Assembly (NCBI GenBank): GCA_043751595.1
Contig: JAYUZR010000042.1
Location: 270-64,269 of the forward strand
Direction: 5' to 3'
Source: Candidatus Berkelbacteria bacterium
GTDB lineage: Bacteria; Patescibacteriota; UBA1384; CAILIB01
Length of the DNA stretch: 64,000 nucleotides
Part shown: one piece after another, positions 18,340 to 28,931 of the stretch
Layout of the letters: every line of letters begins with the position of its first letter
Position numbering within the stretch: the first letter of the stretch is position 1
Position numbers and translations under genes: made by a program
The notes under the pieces: model-generated
Databases searched by the model: none
What the model saw: only the letters and a program-made list of their open reading frames with translations
Told to the model about the DNA's origin: nothing

Positions 18340-21300
18340 CTATTCTACTCGGTCGACGAAGGGATCGAGCAGCTTATCAAACGCAATCTGAATTACTAAA
18401 AGTTTTCTTAGTAATTCACTTAAGCGGATAGCCTTATCCTGGTCGAGTACAGCATAATCTTCCTTACTCAATAACTGCCTGACTGGCGGCACATGAAGCA
18501 AGGTAAACTTTTTACATTCTTCATAAAAAGCACTAGTGCTATCCGCAAGACTAATAAGCAATTCACGAAGAGTGCCCTGCTCTTCGGCATCTAACAGAGT
18601 ATCAATGAAGGCAAATAAGCCCCCTGAAAAACTCTCGGTTTCCCACGGATAATTAGGTAACTCATCAATCATATCCCCTATCATAGAAGCCTTCATTGAA
18701 CGAAAGTTCGAAAGGTTATCAAGAAACGCCTTTTCCGCGGCAAGAAAAGACTCAGAAACACTGCCCTCTCCAGCTTGCTCAGAATCAAGGTCAGGCAACC
18801 TGCTCGCAGCGCGCTTTACCCAACCGGACTGATGCAAGGAAGTAAAGACAGGACTCGTTTCTCCAGGATAAAATGCTTCGCCGGCTTCACCACTCGGCCT
18901 GAGACAAATAAGATTTTCACGATTGGAGACCTCACCACCTTGAACAGTACGAACATTTAGATAGAGGATTCCAGCAGCAGACCTCTCATTAAAGCTAAGT
19001 AGTCGTTGCACACCATGTACATCAACAGCAATTATCTCGTCGCCCGGCATTAGGCTACCAAGATCAATCTTTTCCAGGCTAAATCCTTGTTCCGTAAGCT
19101 GAGCCTCGGAGAGGGTTTCGGAATCTACTAGTCCTTCAGGAGCACCCTCCGACTCATCTTTATACACAAATATTTGGGCAATCGCCCTTCCAGCTCCACC
19201 AATACTTAAGCCAAAAGGCAGTCCCTCGACCACTTTTGCAAAAGTATCGGCCTTCACCTGGGATGCAGTAGCGATGACTAGCTCGCCGGACAACGCATCG
19301 ATATATCGATAATGAATCTCGTAATCTTTATCTTTTTCAGGGCGATCAATATTCATTGTGACATCTCCTCCGTCTTGGAAGACCACTACCACGCGATCGC
19401 CAGGACTTAGGCTACTGAGGGTAACTTCTTTTTTATTTTCATAGGTAGCAAGTTCTTCATCGCTGTGGATTCGAAGAGATTTTTTTGTCCTTTGCTCATC
19501 AAGGGGAGCTTCTTCGGCCTTACTCCGCCTTACCCACACATTAGCTTCGAGCGAATTAAAGAGGAAATCTGTTGTTGCAGTATCTATCTCTAGATCACCG
19601 CCGTTAGGTGACTCAATAATACGTACATGTCCAAGCAACGCACCAGTGAAGATATCCTCAATGCTATAGACCGCCAATGTATAACCAACTAGTCCGGATC
19701 TAGACTCTTCAACAACTAGAAGGCGCTGCTCACCAGTTAGATCGGTGGAAATGAGCCTATCTCCAGGCTTTAGTGTAGAAAGGTCAAATGTAACCTCAAG
19801 GGTGAACCCCATTTCTTGAAAATCAGAATCGGGGAGCCTCTCAGACTCTATAGGCGGCAAATTTTCTAGCTTTAATTGGTCGGATTTCTGCTTCAGCTCC
19901 AGCTCTTCAATCTCAAGATTAATAATTACCGCTTCGTCAGTATTCTTTTTGAGAAGAGGGCTAGCTGAGCGGTCTTCGACCGAGGTTTTTGTTTTTGCAG
20001 TATTAAACGATTGGTATACAACCTCACCAGAGAGACTTTCATACCTCCCACCATCACCTGTGCGATACCCGGAAGAGAAACCTGTATCGGCATTTACTAT
20101 GGAGTTGTTAGCCCCCAGCAAGACAGGTCCATCGTCTTTCTTCGTGTGACCGTGAATAATTCGGGAGACTGACTTTCTCCCTTTTTTCTGCAATTGGCTA
20201 TTAAGCACTTTAAGGGTTTCATCCGCCTCCCCATCGCTAAAGTCACCAAAATCAGATCGGCGTGTCCAAAGAGGTGAAAGAGTCATGTTCTGGCCGTTCA
20301 CCTTTATGGAAGCCAACTCATCAAGGGTTAACGCAAGCTGCCTAAAATCTCCAGTACTAACCGCAGCTTCGCGCATTTCCTCAAGGTGATCCAGTAAATC
20401 TAATCCCTGAAGGCCCTTGTACTCTGGTAAATATATTTTACGGCTAGCATTGATATCAACAGGAAAACCAGCGTGAACCATAAATTGATCATCAATTACA
20501 TGGTAAATATGCGCATTCTTTACGAGCCACTTTGCCCAACTCCTTATTTCTTCGCTGGCTAGAACCGCCTTTGCCATAGCCTCAAGATCATCAGTAACTA
20601 TTCCGAAACTTCTTGCAAACTCTGCACCTCCCTGCCTTAACCAACTAAACATAGTGGCCATGTCTCCAGTAAGAGATACAAGGAGTAGCTCTTCGTGATT
20701 CCCCAAGCACAGCTTTGCCCCCTTATTTTCCACCCAATCTTTTACAATCTCTAAGACACCCTTACTATTTGGGCCTCGATCAATCAGATCCCCCACAAAT
20801 CCAATCTGAACACCTTCCGGCACTTTCTTTAGCGTTTCCTTAAGCTTATCAGCATCCCCATGAATATCGGGATAAATCCAAACCGGCCGAGCGGGTTCTT
20901 CTAAACTCCTTCTCTTTGCCTCAATAAGCTCAGCCCTTTCCGCAATAGTTTTTTCTAAGCCCTGACGAGTCGACTCAGCTGTTACCAAAGACGGAGGCAT
21001 CTCAGCCAAAACTGGCTCAGGAGCTGGATCTGTACCGGTACCCACCCTTGGCCAGCCCTGTAAAACAGCTTCTGAATCCTCAACCCCCAAACCAGACTGC
21101 CCACCCTTACCTTCATCGAACTCGGTATCATCATCCGCCTCCAATACCTCCTCCTCAGCCTCAGCGGAACCTGGAACATTAAATATAATGTAAGCAATCT
21201 TTACCTCGTCTTTCAGGCCTGCTGCTTGAGCAATCGGATTTCTTGGGGAAAGCGTCTCTCCAAGCATAAAGGGACGAGAGGGGTCGTATTCAGACGCTGA

Positions 21301-21939
21301 AGCAAGCTGATTAAGCTTAACTGGCGTCTTGATACGGTACATCCAACCAGCCCCAAGTGCACCATGCCTTGCATCATTCTCATCTTTCGGAAGAATTGGC
21401 ACGGTAAACTCTCCCCGAACAGGCTTACCTTCCGAGTCGGGCTTTATGTATCCCATGGTGAGCATGCCGCCTTCTTCATGGTCACGCAGATCAAATCCAT
21501 TGGAATCTCTGTGAGATTCATCTTTTTTATATTCCAAATAGTATTGGTCATCATCCGGATCGCCCAATCCGCGCTTGGAAGTATCTAGCTCGCGGAACAT
21601 CTTTACCACTTTTCCCAAGGAACCCAGCGTATTACCGGGTAGTAGCGATACGTCAGAAACCCCTACCAAGTCTTCTTCATTGGTAGACTGATTAATCGTC
21701 TTTAGGCGATACCCAGAAATAGACTCGGCCACTACCTCAAGATAGTAAGCCGTATTCTTACCCGAAGCATCCTTACAAACCACACTAATCCCTTCCTCCG
21801 GGAAGTCATCGAAAAAAAATCCGGCTAACTGCTCAAAATCGGGAGGCGGTAGCTTAGATTCTTCAAAATCAAGCACCTCGGGGTCTTCATAACTCCCCGG
21901 TTCAATCCTTTTCTTATTCCAGAAAAACTCGCGCCGCAT
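18340..21939 (-). CDS. large acidic protein with central PPP-type metallophosphoesterase domain and repeats
   Basis: DIHG, GDLIDRG, GNHE, HAG, HGHT and DTG motifs; three L..L.PGD repeats. Confidence 0.85.
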   Translation of the reverse strand: MRREFFWNKKRIEPGSYEDPEVLDFEESKLPPPDFEQLAGFFFDDFPEEGISVVCKDASGKNTAYYLEVVAESISGYRLKTINQSTNEEDLVGVSDVSLLPGNTLGSLGKVVKMFRELDTSKRGLGDPDDDQYYLEYKKDESHRDSNGFDLRDHEEGGMLTMGYIKPDSEGKPVRGEFTVPILPKDENDARHGALGAGWMYRIKTPVKLNQLASASEYDPSRPFMLGETLSPRNPIAQAAGLKDEVKIAYIIFNVPGSAEAEEEVLEADDDTEFDEGKGGQSGLGVEDSEAVLQGWPRVGTGTDPAPEPVLAEMPPSLVTAESTRQGLEKTIAERAELIEAKRRSLEEPARPVWIYPDIHGDADKLKETLKKVPEGVQIGFVGDLIDRGPNSKGVLEIVKDWVENKGAKLCLGNHEELLLVSLTGDMATMFSWLRQGGAEFARSFGIVTDDLEAMAKAVLASEEIRSWAKWLVKNAHIYHVIDDQFMVHAGFPVDINASRKIYLPEYKGLQGLDLLDHLEEMREAAVSTGDFRQLALTLDELASIKVNGQNMTLSPLWTRRSDFGDFSDGEADETLKVLNSQLQKKGRKSVSRIIHGHTKKDDGPVLLGANNSIVNADTGFSSGYRTGDGGRYESLSGEVVYQSFNTAKTKTSVEDRSASPLLKKNTDEAVIINLEIEELELKQKSDQLKLENLPPIESERLPDSDFQEMGFTLEVTFDLSTLKPGDRLISTDLTGEQRLLVVEESRSGLVGYTLAVYSIEDIFTGALLGHVRIIESPNGGDLEIDTATTDFLFNSLEANVWVRRSKAEEAPLDEQRTKKSLRIHSDEELATYENKKEVTLSSLSPGDRVVVVFQDGGDVTMNIDRPEKDKDYEIHYRYIDALSGELVIATASQVKADTFAKVVEGLPFGLSIGGAGRAIAQIFVYKDESEGAPEGLVDSETLSEAQLTEQGFSLEKIDLGSLMPGDEIIAVDVHGVQRLLSFNERSAAGILYLNVRTVQGGEVSNRENLICLRPSGEAGEAFYPGETSPVFTSLHQSGWVKRAASRLPDLDSEQAGEGSVSESFLAAEKAFLDNLSNFRSMKASMIGDMIDELPNYPWETESFSGGLFAFIDTLLDAEEQGTLRELLISLADSTSAFYEECKKFTLLHVPPVRQLLSKEDYAVLDQDKAIRLSELLRKLLVIQIAFDKLLDPFVDRVE

Positions 21940-21971
21940 GCACTTAGTATAGTACTCCGTGCGAAACCAGG

Positions 21972-22745
21972 CTAGGCAATCAACCTAAGCAGCTCATCAT
22001 GGAGAATACCGTTAGTGAGCAAGCAGCCACGCAGCTCGGCATCGTAGGATTGGTCTTCGCCCTCCAAGCTGGTTACCTTGCCGCCGGCTTCTTGCACTAA
22101 TAAGGCAACAGCGGCCACATCCCAAGGCTTAGCCGTGGCGTTAATACTACCTATGAACCCACCAGCCGCCACCATGCAGGCACCGTATACCGTGCACGAA
22201 TAGCTCGGGCGCTTGGCGCGCATGCCACGTAGGCGGCCAGGAATCTCAGAGGCATCCGGGAGCCATGGTCTGGGCGCAATCTCGTGATGGACAATTTCAT
22301 TAGTAAGACTGGTAGCAGTTGAAACATGAATCGGCTGGCCGTTTAAGAAGGCACCCTTTCCTTTTTCAGCACTAAACAGCCGACTCATGAAGGGATCAAG
22401 GCAAAAAGAGAGCACCGGCACGCCTTCAACCGTTAGCGCTAGAGAAAACATGGCAAGCGGCACCCCGTGTGCAAAGTTGCTGGTGCCGTCCATGGGATCG
22501 ATCACCCAACTGCGCCCGCTACTACCCGCCCGTACCCCCAACTCTTCACTTAGAATAGTATCTTGCGGAAACGCCTCACCCAGGGCGCGAGTTACCAGTG
22601 TATCGATGGCGACATCGGCCGCGGTCACCTCGCTGGAATCCTCTTTTCGCTCGAATGGCTTATTTATGCCAAAGTGCTCCAGCATGATTTTTCCGGCTTC
22701 TTGCGCCAAAGAATGGGCCAGCGTGTATTCTTGAATCAGTTGCAT
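21972..22745 (-). CDS. inositol monophosphatase family protein (SuhB-like)
   Basis: SEE, WVIDPMDGTSNF and WDVAA..LLVQEAGG motifs. Confidence 0.93.
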   Translation of the reverse strand: MQLIQEYTLAHSLAQEAGKIMLEHFGINKPFERKEDSSEVTAADVAIDTLVTRALGEAFPQDTILSEELGVRAGSSGRSWVIDPMDGTSNFAHGVPLAMFSLALTVEGVPVLSFCLDPFMSRLFSAEKGKGAFLNGQPIHVSTATSLTNEIVHHEIAPRPWLPDASEIPGRLRGMRAKRPSYSCTVYGACMVAAGGFIGSINATAKPWDVAAVALLVQEAGGKVTSLEGEDQSYDAELRGCLLTNGILHDELLRLIA

Positions 22746-22785
22746 GCCGCAAGTGTAGTCGCTTTAGTTCTGCTAGACTAGATTA

Positions 22786-23859
22786 GTGAAACATTTGGCC
22801 ATCGATGCTACGCACGTAGCCGCAACCCAACCCACGGGCGTAGAAAACTACACCGCCCAAGTGGTAACCCGCGCCACCAAACTACTCCTAGAAAAAGGCG
22901 TGAAGGTTAGCTGGATAGGAAATGCTGCCGAGCCTCCGGCCAACATGCCCGCAGGTACTGCCTACGTACACTCGCCGTATCAGCCGCTCTGGAGTCAGAC
23001 CGGGTTACTACGCACCCTTACCACCCTTAAGCCTGATCTCTTTTTTGAGCCTTCGGGCCTCTTCCCGGTTTTGTATAGCGGAAAGACCGCCCTTACTGTG
23101 CACGATCTGGCCGTCTACCCCTATCCTGATTATTTTACCCTTGGTCAACGGTTACGTTTGCGTCTTTTGCACAAGCGTAATGCCCAGCATAGCTCGCTTA
23201 TTTTGACCCCGAGTGACGCCACCAAAAAACAAGTGCAAAACTATTGGGGAATTGACGCTTCGCGTATTATTGCAACACTCTTGGCCAATGCCCTGCCCAA
23301 TGGTACGCCAGAAGCCGTTGCGGTTCCCACCGAGTTTGTACTGTATCTTGGAAGAGTAGAAGAAAAGAAAAACCTCATCACCCTCGTGCAAGCACTGGCT
23401 GAGTGCCCTGGAACTAATCTGGTTATTGCCGGAAAAGATGGTGATAAAGCAGAGGCTGTGCACGCAACGATTGCCGCCCTCCCCGAAGAAGCGAGGAATC
23501 GCATCCATCTCATTGGGTATGTTTCTGATGCTCAAAAACTCTGGCTTTTGCAAAACGCCACCCTCTTTGTGGTCCCTGGCCTTGCCGAGGGATCGAGCAT
23601 TCCTCTGCTTGAGGCGATGCAATGTGGACGCGCTTGCTTAGTTGCAAAGGCTGGCCCATTACCCGAACTTGGCGCTGAGGCAGTTGCCTATATCGATGAC
23701 GGGTTGAACGTCGATGCCTGGAAGCAACAGATTGAACAACTTATTACAGACCCTAAACGCCGTGAGAAAATGGCCTCTGCCAGTTTAGAACGATCCAAGC
23801 AATTTAGCTGGGATACCACTGCCGCTAGTACGGTCGAGGCATTACTGCGAAACCTCTAA
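22786..23859 (+). CDS. GT4 (GT-B) glycosyltransferase
   Basis: TGVENY, TVHDLA, KKN, EG..IPLLEAM and FSW motifs. Confidence 0.9.
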   Translation: MKHLAIDATHVAATQPTGVENYTAQVVTRATKLLLEKGVKVSWIGNAAEPPANMPAGTAYVHSPYQPLWSQTGLLRTLTTLKPDLFFEPSGLFPVLYSGKTALTVHDLAVYPYPDYFTLGQRLRLRLLHKRNAQHSSLILTPSDATKKQVQNYWGIDASRIIATLLANALPNGTPEAVAVPTEFVLYLGRVEEKKNLITLVQALAECPGTNLVIAGKDGDKAEAVHATIAALPEEARNRIHLIGYVSDAQKLWLLQNATLFVVPGLAEGSSIPLLEAMQCGRACLVAKAGPLPELGAEAVAYIDDGLNVDAWKQQIEQLITDPKRREKMASASLERSKQFSWDTTAASTVEALLRNL

Positions 23860-24528
23860 TTCTTGTACCACTTCGCTAGTTGCCTGCACGCCAAAATGCC
23901 GGGCAAGGCCATCAACCAATTCTGAGCGCACGGTCTCTAGTAATTCATCCGGTAAGGCTCCCAGGATTTCAGAAACGATCACAAAGCGCTTGGTTTCTGG
24001 GCTCATCGCCCCTTTTCCGGACTGCCTCCAGACAAACTGGCGGGTGATGATATCATTTTCATCGCTGTAGCAGACCTCTCCCGCAGGTACCGGCTCGGGA
24101 GCTTGAGCACCAAGCGCCAAAAAGGTTTCTCCTTCGCGGGTAAGGCGGAGTTGCTTAGTTCCCTCAAGTTCATCTAGGTTAAAGCCACCCAGCGGCGTAC
24201 AGTTACGCAAAGAAACCGTGTTGTATAAATCTACCAGCGGATTAATGCTCGGCACTCGCCCACCCTTGGCAATGCGCTTTGTCATGGCTGCCACCGAGCA
24301 CGGGAACTTATTGTGATTCATGCCAGCAAAGGTATACGCCTCCTGCCAGGCTTTGATGTGCGGATGATCGACCATTTCTGGGGTAATGGCGTCTTGCGCT
24401 GCGGCGTATTCCTTACTTAGCGCCTCAATCGGCTCGGTACTTACCAGACCTTCACCCGAAACAAGCAAAATACGCATGCCGGGGAACTTTTTCCAAACCT
24501 CGGGGTGAACAGAAAGTAGTGAACTCAT
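23842..24528 (-). CDS. standalone B3/B4 domain protein (PheRS beta-like tRNA editing)
   Basis: INPLVDLYN, GEVCYSD and WRQ motifs. Confidence 0.88.
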   Translation of the reverse strand: MSSLLSVHPEVWKKFPGMRILLVSGEGLVSTEPIEALSKEYAAAQDAITPEMVDHPHIKAWQEAYTFAGMNHNKFPCSVAAMTKRIAKGGRVPSINPLVDLYNTVSLRNCTPLGGFNLDELEGTKQLRLTREGETFLALGAQAPEPVPAGEVCYSDENDIITRQFVWRQSGKGAMSPETKRFVIVSEILGALPDELLETVRSELVDGLARHFGVQATSEVVQELEVSQ

Positions 24529-24670
24529 ACGGCCTATGGTAGCAGGAAACTATCCTGCAGCGGACGCTTGGTAACTGCAAAAGGCTTTACACTCACGCAA
24601 CTTCGGCGTAGACCAAGCCTCGTCTCTGCGCTGTTCCAGCGGCGCGGAAAAGTACCTTAGGAGGAAAAGG

Positions 24671-25321
24671 TTGGAAGATACCTATTTAATTGAACTTGCC
24701 CAAGGGCTAAAGGCGGCTATCTGCCCTTGGCCCCTAGATGCAGCGGGGCGGGTAATTGTTACCTGCCCAGATCCTCGAATCAAGAGCGGGGCTCGGGTTG
24801 GATCGCTAGTTTTTAGTCGCAATCCAGAAAAGCTACTAGAATATGGAGCCTTATCCTTAGTGCAGCATCCCGGTGAGTGCAAAGCGGCGAAAGTCCACTT
24901 CTGTGGACGACTCGACTGCAGCCATGCAAATCATCAAGAAGTCTCTAAAAAAAGACTGGCGACCGTTGCGGAAAACCTGGGAACTCACTTTGGGGGTGAC
25001 CTTCCGAGTGAGTACTGGGACGAACGCGCGCCAATTCGCGGACTCACCTATCTATGGAATGGCCCAGCCGGCCATACCATAGATGTTGGGATGCTCGCTC
25101 TGTTTTCCGTTGAGGGGTTTATTCTCGAAGCCTGTGCGGGCTACGAGGAGCTCGTGCGAGTATTAATTCTACTCGCCACTGCAACCCAGATGGCGAATCG
25201 ACCGATGACCTTGGTCGTGGCTCAGTCTCACCAGCCGGTGTTCTCATCGGTAGAGATTGAGGCCCTGGCGGAGATAGCCAAGTGCGTAGAAGTACTCTAC
25301 GTCGAGACACACAACAAGTAA
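24671..25321 (+). CDS. hypothetical protein with beta-carbonic-anhydrase-like CxDxR motif
   Basis: VTCPDPR...HFCGRLDCSH. AGGAGG lies 6 nt before the TTG start. Confidence 0.6.
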   Translation: MEDTYLIELAQGLKAAICPWPLDAAGRVIVTCPDPRIKSGARVGSLVFSRNPEKLLEYGALSLVQHPGECKAAKVHFCGRLDCSHANHQEVSKKRLATVAENLGTHFGGDLPSEYWDERAPIRGLTYLWNGPAGHTIDVGMLALFSVEGFILEACAGYEELVRVLILLATATQMANRPMTLVVAQSHQPVFSSVEIEALAEIAKCVEVLYVETHNK

Positions 25322-25331
25322 AAAACACGAC

Positions 25332-25360
25332 CGCGCCCTCTCGTATGGGGCGCGTTTTTG
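25332..25360 (+). terminator. intrinsic terminator
   Basis: cgcgccc...gggcgcg followed by ttttt. Confidence 0.65.
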
Positions 25361-25539
25361 TTTCAGAAAAGGTTCACTTTTCCACTCTCCAAAGCATTAA
25401 CAACTACTTGACCGTAATCGTCACACCAAGACCCTTGCAGGAGCAAAAAAAGAAGACTATATTCCGATGCGTCGCTCTAAACGGAGGGACTTTCTTACGC
25501 TTTCTTTTTATTTACAAACAATTCGCACTTTCCGCTCAC

Positions 25540-27165
25540 ATGGATATTGCTCAGCGCCTCAAGCAGAACTGGAAATCAGGCCTTACCGTCTCCCTGGTTT
25601 CTATCCCCCTCTCCATTTCACTTGCTGTTGCGTCTCAAACTACTCCAACTGCCGGAATCATCACTGCAATCTGGGCCGGACTTATTGCTGCGCTCTTTGG
25701 AGGCAGTAACTTTAACATCGTGGGCCCTACTGGGGCCCTTTCTGGTTTAGTAGGGGCCTACGCGATTGCCCATGGAGCCGATACCCTACCAACCCTTGCG
25801 GTGGTTTCGGGCCTTATTATTTTGATTGCCTACCTCGCTAAGCTAGAGCGCTTCTTGGTTTTTGTACCTGGCAGCACTATGCAGGGCTTTACCTTGGGCG
25901 TTGCCTTCGTGATTGGTCTTAACCAGCTTAATTACGCACTTGGTTTAAGCGGGCTTACTAGGCACGAAAAGTTTATAGACAACCTAGGTGAGTCACTTAA
26001 GCATGTGGGCCAAACCTCAGGCGCAACCTTTTTTGTCTTCTTAGTTTTCTTAGTGGCAATGTTTGCCCTACTTAAACTGGTACCCAAGATTCCAGGCGCC
26101 ATCCTCCTTTCTCCTATTGGTATTTTACTCGGCTACGCTACCACTAACGGGTATATTCACCTTCCACTACAAACCCTTGCCGGCAAATACGGCGATCTTG
26201 GCCGCAATATCATCCAACTTCCTCATTTTGCTTTTGTCAGCGATACCGTAGTAGCCGCCTTCGGCGTTGCGCTGGTCGCCATTTTGGAGACGATGATCTC
26301 CGCCAAAATTGCCGACACCATGAGCAAGACTCGCCATAATGAGCGTAAAGAAATGCTTGGCCTTGGCCTCGCCAATATCGCTTCTGGCTTGGCAGGTGGA
26401 ATCCCTGCCACGGCTGCACTGGCGCGTACCTCGCTCAACGTTAAGACTCACGCTACCCACTCTACTTCTGCCGCTATTAGCTCGGTTTGTATCGCTATTA
26501 TCTCTGGGGCTTTGATCACCTACTTTAAGTTCATCCCCATGGCGGTAATCGGTGCCATCCTGGTATTTGTGGCAGCCCGCATGGTAGAGGTGCACCACTT
26601 TAAGCGCATGTGGAAGTTTGATCGCTTCAATTTCTGGCTGGCGCTTTCCGTAGCAGCTATCACGGTTGCCACCGATCCTATTATGGGAATCCTTATCGGA
26701 ACAGCGGTAAGTGCGGTTATCTTCCTGGAAAAGCTTTCACATGGCACGGCACAGATCTGGACTGGTGATAAAAAAGGCAGCAAGGTTGATGAGTTCCGCG
26801 GCGACAAACTTGGAAAGTTAAGTGGCGATGCCGAGGTACTTACCTACTCTATCCGCGGCCAGCTTATCTACCTTAATGCCCAGGCGCATGTTTCTCGCTT
26901 TGAAAAAGGCCTGGCCCGTCAGTACACCAGTGTTATTTTGCACCTGAAAGATCTTACTGCTCTTGATGCTGATGGCATTGAAGCCCTTAATGAGATTATT
27001 ACGATTTGTCAGTCTCACAAGGTAGATGTCTGCCTGGCTTGTGCCTCCGCGCCTATCCTAGAGCAACTACAGGATGAACTTTCTCAGTTTAAAAACCTAC
27101 AAAAACACCACCGCGTCTGCCCAAATAGCCCTGCCGCCCTCGAGGCCCTTGGCTTTGCCACGTAG
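25540..27165 (+). CDS. SulP/SLC26 anion transporter with STAS domain
   Basis: SGLTVSLVSIPLS, VGPTG, GLANI, ATAALART and a C-terminal STAS domain. Confidence 0.93.
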   Translation: MDIAQRLKQNWKSGLTVSLVSIPLSISLAVASQTTPTAGIITAIWAGLIAALFGGSNFNIVGPTGALSGLVGAYAIAHGADTLPTLAVVSGLIILIAYLAKLERFLVFVPGSTMQGFTLGVAFVIGLNQLNYALGLSGLTRHEKFIDNLGESLKHVGQTSGATFFVFLVFLVAMFALLKLVPKIPGAILLSPIGILLGYATTNGYIHLPLQTLAGKYGDLGRNIIQLPHFAFVSDTVVAAFGVALVAILETMISAKIADTMSKTRHNERKEMLGLGLANIASGLAGGIPATAALARTSLNVKTHATHSTSAAISSVCIAIISGALITYFKFIPMAVIGAILVFVAARMVEVHHFKRMWKFDRFNFWLALSVAAITVATDPIMGILIGTAVSAVIFLEKLSHGTAQIWTGDKKGSKVDEFRGDKLGKLSGDAEVLTYSIRGQLIYLNAQAHVSRFEKGLARQYTSVILHLKDLTALDADGIEALNEIITICQSHKVDVCLACASAPILEQLQDELSQFKNLQKHHRVCPNSPAALEALGFAT

Positions 27166-27234
27166 GTATCTACCCCTTCTCGCTCAAAATGCGCCCAGGT
27201 GGCGCGTTTTTGATTACTCCTCTATACTCCCGCC

Positions 27235-28893
27235 ATGCTTTTACGACTTCATGTTGAAGAAAAATCGATAGGAACTACCAGTCTCCTCTCCCATTGCACG
27301 CTCGAGCTCACCGCCCGGCGCAAAGTTGGCATACTCGGAAGAAATGGTACGGGCAAAAGTACCCTGCTTCGCCTGCTTTCTGGCGATGATGACCAGTTTT
27401 ATGGTACCCGCCAAACCAAGCCCAATCTTAACTTGTTGATGACGGCCCAGGAGCACGAAGATGTAGCCGATTGGACGGTTTTTGCGTATTTACTGGCTGC
27501 CGTCCCCGAGTACACGCCACTTAAACTGCGGATGCAGCACTTTGAGGCTAACCCCTCACCCACGCTCGATGAGGCCTCCGTATATATTGCTGACGAAGAA
27601 CGCTTTCGTGACCAGGGGTTTTATCAACTAGAATCCAAGGCCGAAGAATATCTAGAAGCCTTTGGTTTACCGGCCAAAAAGTATGCTATCGCCACCATCG
27701 CCAGCCTTTCTGGTGGCCAACGGCGTTTCGTGGAACTCTGTCGCTGCATGCTGAGTGGTGCCGAAGTACTCTTGCTGGATGAACCAACTAATCACATGGA
27801 TAGCTATGCCAAGATTCGGTTTATGGATTGGTTCGCCAACACCGATGCTAGCGTTTGCATGGTTAGTCATGATCGCGATGTGCTGGAGCTAGTAGATGAG
27901 ATTTATGAACTACGCGAAAACAGGCTGGTTCGCTTTATTGGCGGCTATAGCCAGTACCTTCTGCAAAACGCTAATCGCACCCTAAGCGAAGTGCAAGAGT
28001 GGGAGCAGGGTCAGAATAAACTGGCGCGACTTAAGGGCCAGCTGCAAACGGCCCATAACCGAAAGCAAGCAGCTAAATCTGATAAAGGAAGGGATCAGGC
28101 TAAGACCAAAGAGTTGCAGATTACTCGCTCGATTAAGAGCCTGAGTCAGGGACTAGAAAAGCCGGTCTTTTGGATTGATCAAGAAACCTTGGCCGCCGTT
28201 AGCCCCACCGTGCTCGAAGGCTACGAGAAATATAAGGCCAAGAATATTCACATTGCCACGAGTAAGGAGCGCGATGAAGAAGTTACTCTCCTTATTTTGC
28301 GCAAAGTAAGCGCAGGCTGGAACGATACCCTCCTGTTTGAGCCAGTAGATCTTAAGCTCAAGTTTGGCGACCGCGTACGGTTGCTTGGGCGCAACGGTGC
28401 CGGCAAAAGCACGCTACTTAAGGCAATACGCGGTGCCTATGAAGAAGTCTGGGTGCCCAACCTGCACACCGCCGGCACCGTACAGCTGCACGACGATGTA
28501 AGAATTGGTTTTTACTCCCAAGAAACTCCGGTCAATTTGTTTGATTTGCCCCTGCGCGACGCCATCGAACAAATCTATCTAGAAGAAGAGATTCCTATCA
28601 CCACTACCCAGGTCAATTCTCTCCTCGGGAGCTACTTATTTAATCCCTTAGTTGATGGTCATGCGCTGGTGCGCAACCTCTCCGGTGGCCAGCGGGCACG
28701 GTTGCAAATTATTCGGATGCTGGCCAACGAGCCAAATCTACTTATTTTGGATGAGCCAACCAACCACCTCGATCTCCCTTCGATTGAGGAGCTGGAGAGG
28801 GCGCTCACCTCGTTTGGCGGTGCCTTAATCTACGTTTCGCATGATACCCACTTTGCCGCGCGAGTGCCGGCGTTTGAGATAGAAATCCGCTAG
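27235..28893 (+). CDS. ABC-F family ATPase
   Basis: Two nucleotide-binding domains (GRNGxGKST, LSGGQ, LDEPTNH) and no TM segments. Confidence 0.93.
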   Translation: MLLRLHVEEKSIGTTSLLSHCTLELTARRKVGILGRNGTGKSTLLRLLSGDDDQFYGTRQTKPNLNLLMTAQEHEDVADWTVFAYLLAAVPEYTPLKLRMQHFEANPSPTLDEASVYIADEERFRDQGFYQLESKAEEYLEAFGLPAKKYAIATIASLSGGQRRFVELCRCMLSGAEVLLLDEPTNHMDSYAKIRFMDWFANTDASVCMVSHDRDVLELVDEIYELRENRLVRFIGGYSQYLLQNANRTLSEVQEWEQGQNKLARLKGQLQTAHNRKQAAKSDKGRDQAKTKELQITRSIKSLSQGLEKPVFWIDQETLAAVSPTVLEGYEKYKAKNIHIATSKERDEEVTLLILRKVSAGWNDTLLFEPVDLKLKFGDRVRLLGRNGAGKSTLLKAIRGAYEEVWVPNLHTAGTVQLHDDVRIGFYSQETPVNLFDLPLRDAIEQIYLEEEIPITTTQVNSLLGSYLFNPLVDGHALVRNLSGGQRARLQIIRMLANEPNLLILDEPTNHLDLPSIEELERALTSFGGALIYVSHDTHFAARVPAFEIEIR

Positions 28894-28931
28894 CTTCGCC
28901 TTTTTCATCTTCATGAAATAGAATAAAGGGG

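Noticed and set aside
27235-28893. ABC-F as an antibiotic resistance determinant
   Set aside because: The subfamily cannot be assigned without phylogeny, and no attenuator leader is present.
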